Assembly (NCBI GenBank): GCA_000388065.2
Contig: KB932206.1
DNA from: Fonticula alba ATCC 38817
Taxonomy: Eukaryota; Protista; Nucleariida
Length of the DNA: 50,284 nucleotides
Strand: one strand, 5' to 3'
The notes under the pieces are model-generated. The model was not told the DNA's origin, did not search any database, and saw nothing but the letters and a program-made list of their open reading frames with translations. Made by a program: the position numbers and the translations under genes. Shown piece by piece: positions 40,704 to 50,284 of the stretch (position 1 is its first letter; every line of letters begins with the position of its first letter).

Positions 40704-42312
40704 CCATACGAATCACCCCCCTCCCCCTCTCACCCGCGCACATGAGTGCTGTCAGTGCGGCGAGCGCTGCCCCTCCGCCGCATACCCGGGCCAGCGCACC
40801 CCGCGCCGGCATATCGAATATTCCCGTGCGTCGGAGCGAAGGGGACACACGCGGCACACACGTTGCGATTGGTGCCCCGGAAATGCCCCCCCTCCCCCCC
40901 CCCTGGCCGCGAAGACGAGCACATTCACCGAGAGCAGATGATGCCCCGTGCCCCGCCGACCCCCGCACCCTGGAATGAGTGCCTGGGCACCTATTAACCC
41001 ACACACAATGGACGCTCTGAACTACGCGCGAGGGCCCCCGGGCGTCGCCGGGCCAACCGGCCCCACGGCGGCAGGCCCCCGGCCCCCCCCCCCCCCGCCC
41101 CTTGCCCTTCTCTTCGGCCCGCCCCTCCGCCCCGGAACGAGGGGCCGATGGGCCCTCCTCCCCTCGCGGCACGAACAATCCGCGAATAAATATTCGCTCC
41201 TACGCCCCGACCCGCCCCCGCCCGTCCTCCCCCCCCTGAGCCCGGCTCGCGCCAGACGATCACATACCAACGAAATGGCCCCGGGCCTGGCCCAAATACA
41301 TTGGGATGTCCCACTGGCGTCCGGCCATCGGGCCTGGGCGGGGGGGGCTTCCGCACCGAGGGACGGCGCGGCCAGGGAACTCTCCCCCGGCGGCCGAGGA
41401 ATCCGCTGAAGGTAGGGCCGCGAGGGACAGGGCCGCCGAGGCCGAGGCGCCGGGCCCCGGAGAAGAACAGCCACGATCCCCAGCCCGCACATGTGCGCGC
41501 CGAACTGCGCTGTTTACTCTCCCCCGGCGGCCCCTGCCCGCTGGTCGAACGGGGAGGGGGGGGGGGGGCGGAGGCAGAGATGGACCACAGCACATCACCC
41601 GCTGTCGGGTTGCCCCGACCCGGACTCTCGCCCCGCCCCCCCGCCCCCCCGCCTGCCCACCCGCCCAGGCACACCCACCCACTGTCATCTGTGTCTGCCG
41701 ACGAGGTGCTCCGTCGCGGGATCACGCCCCCGGCTGCTGACACCCCGGCGTGACACCCCGGCGTCGGTTGCCGAAATACATTTGCTGGCGCACCCCTGGA
41801 CGGCCCCACACCAGGGGGGTGAAACTCCAGCGCGAAATCCCCCCTCCCCCCTTGCCTCTCTGCCCGCACGCCTCGCCGAATCCCCTCCCAGCTCCCCTCC
41901 CGACTCTGCTCCCACCCGGCCTGCGCGCACCCCCCNNNNNNNNNNNNNNNNNNNNNNNNNNNNNNNNNNNNNNNNNNNNNNNNNNNNNNNNNNNNNNNNN
42001 NNNNNNNNNNNNNNNNNNNNNNNNNNNNNNNNNNNNNNNNNNNNNNNNNNNNNNNNNNNNNNNNNNNNNNNNNNNNNNNNNNNNNNNNNNNNNNNNNNNN
42101 NNNNNNNNNNNNNNNNNNNNNNNNNNNNNNNNNNNNNNNNNNNNNNNNNNNNNNNNNNNNNNNNNNNNNNNNNNNNNNNNNNNNNNNNNNNNNNNNNNNN
42201 NNNNNNNNNNNNNNNNNNNNNNNNNNNNNNNNNNNNNNNNNNNNNNNNNNNNNNNNNNNNNNNNNNNNNNNNNNNNNNNNNNNNNNNNNNNNNNNNNCCC
42301 CCCCCCCGAGGC

Positions 42313-44673
42313 ATGACCGCCGACCTGCGGGACTCGCGCCTGGTGGCGCTCCACCGGCTGTGGCTCAGCCGGCCGCAACACCACCACCCCGCCCACGCCC
42401 GGGGGCATGTCGTGTGCTCCGGGGCACCGGCTCCTGTCGGCCGCCTGGATGCCCTTCCCCTGCCGGAGTACCCCAGCGCCAGTGTCGCCGCCGCCGCCGG
42501 TCAAGACCCGAATCCCGCGGAGCCTGTACGCTTGGCACCCGCCCGGCTCGCCCGTCCCCTCGCGCCCGTTGCCCCGGCTGACCCCCCCCCCCCCCCCCCC
42601 CTCGCCCCAGCCGCTCTGGCTGCAGACCCTCTTCCAATTGCACACGGCCCAGGCCCTGCCGCAATTGTCATCCAAGCCGGCGCCCGGGTTCGTGCCTCCT
42701 GCCGGCGAGGAGGATGCCATCACCGCCACCGAGCGCCAGGCCCGCTGGGGCACCCATCCGCTGCACCTGGCCGAACACATTGGCCGGCTCCTCCGTGCCA
42801 AGCCCCCCCCCGGGCCGGACGCCTTTGCCCGGCTGCTGAGCGCGCGTCTGCTGTGTCTGGAGCGCGCCGGGCTGCAAGCCGAGGCCCTCGCCGAGGCCGA
42901 GGCCTTCCTCCAGCAGGCCGAGGAGCCGGACGTTGCCGAGGAGACCGCCATCGAGGCTGCTGAAGTCCTCACCACCACCTGGGTCCCCTTTCACCTGCGG
43001 CTACTGCATGCCCTGGCTCCGGCGTGTGTGTCATCGACACCCTCATCGCCGGCGCCGCCTCCGTCGGACTTTGTCCAGCGCCACACGGAGGCCACTCGGC
43101 GCTTGGGACGCCTGCTGGCCCATTGCCGTGCGATTGTCCGGCTGCTGGCCGACGCCGAAGCGGCCAAGGCCCCGGCCGCCCCCAAGAGCCTTCCCCTCCA
43201 GCAGGCGGCCAGCCCGGGCACCGGCACGGCCGATGCTGCCGCCGCCGCCAAGCCGATGCTTCACCACCTGACTCCGGAAGACGCACGGATTGGGCTGGAC
43301 CTGTGGCGGTCGCGCATGCGCGCCTGCGTGCTGACTCTCTGCGGCTTGCTGGCGACCACCCTCCCGCCGTCGGCCATCCATGATGGCGAGCCATACACGG
43401 CCCTGTATGCCCCCCCGGGGGCCGACTCGGCGCCGGCCACCCCCAGCCGAAGCGCCCCCGCGGCCGGTCTGCCCGGCCGCGCGTCGGTGTCCAGCGCCAA
43501 TGTCCCCGCTGCCGGCGATCAAACGGCGGCCCACGACCACTCGGTGCTGCGTGCTTCGCCGGCCGTGGCGGCCCGCGCGGCGGCCGGCTTCCACTCGCTG
43601 CAAGGGCTGCTGTCCCCCTCGCGTGCGGTGGATCTCCTCCGGGCCCTGCCTGACGACATGTTCCCTCGGGCGATGGTGGCTCGCGACCCCTCGGGCCCGG
43701 GCGCCCTTGCCCTGGAGCAGCTCCTGTGCATGGTTCAGGCCGCGAAGCTGCTCACCCGGAATGGGAATCTCGCCGCCGCCGGGGCGCTGCTCGCGCATGG
43801 CACCGAACTCCTGGCCACAGCGCGTGCGGCCGCCCCCTGCTCCGGTGGCCCGGACACGCCTGACATTCTCTTTGCCGCCTGCTCCTTGGACCTGGCTCGG
43901 TGCGTTGCCCGTGCCCCACTTCCCCTGCCGCCACTTCCTGCCCTCTGACACACGGCGCCGCCACCTCGCACGTGTGGTTCCGAAACACACCCACAAATAT
44001 GTACATCCACACCCACCCACCCACCCACCCACACACACACACACATGCAGCGCTTCCTTGTGGCTGGTCAGTCGCCCGCCCTCTGAGGCACAGCAGGTGC
44101 TTCTGTCCACTGTGATTCGATTGCTCCGCGCCCGGGCCGAGCCCTGTCCGTCTGGCATGGACTCCGGCAACTTGGCCCCCCATCCGGAAGTGGCCTCCGA
44201 GCAGGCGGCCTTCTCCTGGCATCAGCACCGCCTGGCTGTGGGTCAGCTTCTGCAGGACTGCCTGCTGACCCTGTTGGCCACTGCCCCGACGAATGGCCAA
44301 GCTCTGAGTGTGCGTCCGGGCCGCCATGTGCCCGCACTTGACCCTGTGTGGGTACCTTGCCAAATGTCCCCCGCTAACTCCGCCCACGGGAACCCGCCGC
44401 CACGCGCAGGTCATTGCCATCGTCGAGGGGATCATCCTCCCGGCCAAGTTTTCCCGCGCGGTGCACACCCTGTCCGAGCAGAGTGCCTCCTCGCCGGCCG
44501 TGCAGGAGCTTCTGGCCATGATCAACTCGCCGGCAGCTGATGGCACGCCGCTCCTTCCACCGGACGAGCGCATTGCCACCTCCCTCCTGAGCTTGCTTGA
44601 TTTGGTGGGCTTCCCTCTTTCGCGGAAGATCTCCATTCTGGCCAATATCCTTGTTGCCGGGCACTTCTTCTAG
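42313..44673 (+). CDS. TRAPPC12 (TTC15)-like TPR protein
   Basis: Ordered blocks resemble TRAPPC12 as I recall it: ARLLSARLLCLERAGL..A..E, VPFHLRLLHAL, RRLGRLLAHC..I..LL, LWRSRMRACV, then TPR-like helices. The 5' end abuts gap 41936-42297 and is uncertain. Confidence 0.6.
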
Positions 44674-45323
44674 ATTGCAGCCCGTCGGATGCTCGTACAA
44701 ATAGACACTCAATGTGGCTGGCTCCTGCTGGAAGGCAGGCGATGGGAGGACGCATCGGGAGAGGGGGGAGCGGAGAGAGATGGAGGGGGAGAGAGATGGA
44801 GGGGGAGAGACGGAGGGCGAGGGGGGGGGGGATAGGAAGAAGGCGGGCAGGCACCCCCACACACCGACACGAGACGTTGTCCCGGCCCCAGCCGCATCCC
44901 GATCGAAGCATTTTCACTATAACGCATTGACCCACAATCTCGATTGATCACGTTGCGTGGGCGTGAGATGTAGGCCAAAATGGCAAGCGTGTACCACCCC
45001 GCCCGCCCCGCGCCCAGAGGGGGAGGGGGGGAGAGAGAGAGAAGGGCAGCATCTCCCGCTCATTCCCCCCCCCCCGGCTCGTGGGCCCTTTTCCCGGGGG
45101 GAAAAACACCCACACGAATGTTGCGCGGATGGTGGGTGCCAGCTCGATGGGGGGACTTTTGTCACACTCACCCGCTCGGCGGCCAGCCTCCCTGCGGAGG
45201 CCCTGCCATCCCCCGCTCCCCCTCTCCCTTCTCCTCCCCCTACTATCAGCTACCTCCACCATCTTACACACACACACACACGGACAGATACCCGGACAGA
45301 CTCATCCATAGCATACATTCAGC

Positions 45324-48244
<2,921 letters not shown>

Positions 48245-48556
48245 GGCGTTAGCCTGGCCCCGCCCACCCCCGCTGCCACCATGCGGCAGGAGGTGAAGGG
48301 GAAAAGGAGGCGAGCAAGTGCTGCGGGATTCATTTTCCCTCTTGCCCTGTCCCCCTCCTACCCGCCTCCCTCTCCCTGGGACCCCCCCACATATGAGCAT
48401 GCTCCCATGCCCAGGGATGTTAGAAATAGATGTATAGCCACGCCAGGAGAGTCGCCGGGGCTGGGCGCGTGGGGCGTGGAAAATCAGCGGTTTAATGTAC
48501 AAGTCGAAGGGAGGTGCGCGGCACGGAGAATGGGCCCCCCTGGGTCCGGTCACCGG

Positions 48557-48781
48557 TTAGTTGTGGGACATGTGGTCATCGGACTGGGGAGGAGCAGTCG
48601 GAGCCGCGGTGTTGAGGGAGGCCAGCACCGAGGCCGGGGTGGCGGCCCCAAGGCCGGCCAGCAGGGGGGTCACCCCGAGCGGGCGGTTCACCTGGGACGG
48701 AGACTTGATGGCCCGGCCCATGCCTGAGATAGGGGAGGTGGATTAGCTGGGGTCCGAAGGAGAAAGAGATGGGGAGAAAGT

Positions 48782-48825
<44 letters not shown>

Positions 48826-49491
48826 GGGGGGGGGGGGGGGCAGCAAGGGGGGGAGACGCACCAGCGGCGGCCTCGGCCTCCTCGTGGGTGTAGGGCTCGT
48901 CCTTGAGCTCGCGAACGCTGTTGGCGCGAGATGCGTTGCCAGCAGGAGAGGGAAAGAGAAGGATCGTCAGATCGTTGTGCGAGGGGGGGGGGGGAGGAGA
49001 CAAGGGAGGAGGGGCAGAGGTTGGCGGACAGGTCTGCAGGATGAGGGAGAGCGGCAACATACCGCTGCTTATGCTGCTTGGAAAGCTTGTGCTTGCTGAG
49101 GTGGTCGGGGCCCTCGAAATAGCGACTGTTGCAGGGACAGACAGACAGACAGACAGGGGCAGAAGAGGGGTCAGCAACTTCGATGGAGGGGGAGAGGGAG
49201 GCAGGGGGAGATCGCCGAAAGTGCTGGCGCCACACCGAAGACACAAGTAAAAGGGCGGAGCGGCCCCTGCCGGAGGGGAGGGGGGATGACGTACGCGCAC
49301 TCCAGACAGTAGAACTGACCAAGACCGGGGAGATCTTCGTCCTCCGGCTGGTTGGTCATCTTCTGGTTCTTGGCCGGGTCATGGATGTCCTCGTAGATTT
49401 GGTCCAGATCGCGTGGGCGGCGCCGAGTCCGGATGGACTTGCGGAACTCCTTGTTGTTCTTGTGCACGCGCTTGCGGCGGACTCGAGTCAT
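48557..49491 (-). CDS. BUD20: Bud20/ZNF593 C2H2 zinc-finger 60S biogenesis factor
   Basis: Exons 49491-49295, 49125-49063, 48917-48862, 48723-48557. Motifs [31 protein letters not shown]|RYF...DHL..H..SKQHKQR|[19 protein letters not shown]|MG. Confidence 0.93.
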
Positions 49492-50284
49492 CGTGTTGGT
49501 GGGGGGGGGCGGGGGGGGGGAGGAGGAGGAGAGGGGGGATGAGAGGGAGGGGAGGTGGAGGAGGGGGAACGAGCGGCGGACTTAGAGGGACCAAGACAAA
49601 TGCGAGAAGGGGGGGGGGGAGGGGAGCATGTCTCGACCAGGGCCGGCCAGGGACGCCACACGAAGGCCGGCCAAATAACAGGAGGATGTGGACGCGCACG
49701 CGCGTGCACACCCGTGCGGCACCAGATCTCGCGCCCGGCGCGCTCGGGCGGGGCTGCGGCTCCCACAGCTAGGATGGGGGAGGTCAATCTCGGTGGCCGC
49801 GCCGCCTGGACAGACGGGGACACACGCTGGCTGGGCGCCCGAGCAAAGGGGACGAGGGGCAGGGGGGGGGTGCGCAGGGCACAACTCCAGGTCCGGGGCA
49901 GGGCAGGGGCGCGGGCACACGCGTGCGCGCGGAGGGCGCAGGCCGTCTGCCACGCAAGTCCCCACGAATGACACCAACGTTGGCATATGATTTGACCTAC
50001 GCAATGACATTATGTAACGTCATTTGGGGCTCATCGTTGGTTGGCTGATTTACCGTACCTCTCGTCCGTGCATCCCCACCCTTCCAGCGGCGGCAGGGGG
50101 GGGGGGGGGGGGGCGGGGACAGAGGGTGAGAAGCCCCGGCCAGGGCACGAGAGACGCGCGCCCCCTCCGCGGCGTTGTCTCCCCCCGGAGCTGGACAGGA
50201 AAAACAGCCCACGCCTGCTGGCTGTCCTTTTGCAGGGTCGGGGTGGTTTCCGTGGCTCGGCGGCACACGCGCGCGCCGCCAGCG

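Noticed and set aside
39900-41935. Several 100-300 aa ORFs between the acyltransferase and TRAPPC12-like genes
   Set aside because: Low-complexity P/G/R/A translations in all frames, with no motifs or consistent splice structure.

Overview
Very GC-rich, intron-rich eukaryotic genomic DNA with GT(G/A)CGT donors, CTAAC/CTGAC-type branch points, poly-C/G tracts, CA/CT microsatellites and 13 N-gaps. The style and gene set suggest a unicellular opisthokont, possibly Fonticula-like; this is inference and not verified. By hand-splicing I recognise, in order: a RasGEF (+), GFAT (-), an orphan protein with ten CX2CX2HX5C zinc-finger-like repeats (-), a twin-CX9C (CHCH) protein (-), glutathione synthetase (+), a Q/P-rich coiled-coil orphan (-), Rab geranylgeranyltransferase beta (+), a PlsB/GPAT-type acyltransferase (-), a TRAPPC12-like TPR protein (+), RIO2 (+) and BUD20/ZNF593 (-). 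The 3' half of a Siw14/Oca1-type phosphatase sits inside intron 4 of the RabGGTase gene. Positions 1-4800 and about 39900-42300 hold nothing I can assign. The most novel-looking element is the tandem zinc-finger protein: its 43-aa repeat resembles a re-spaced Ty3/gypsy Gag knuckle, and it may carry a mitochondrial presequence. Most long ORFs in the supplied track are GC-driven shadow ORFs.
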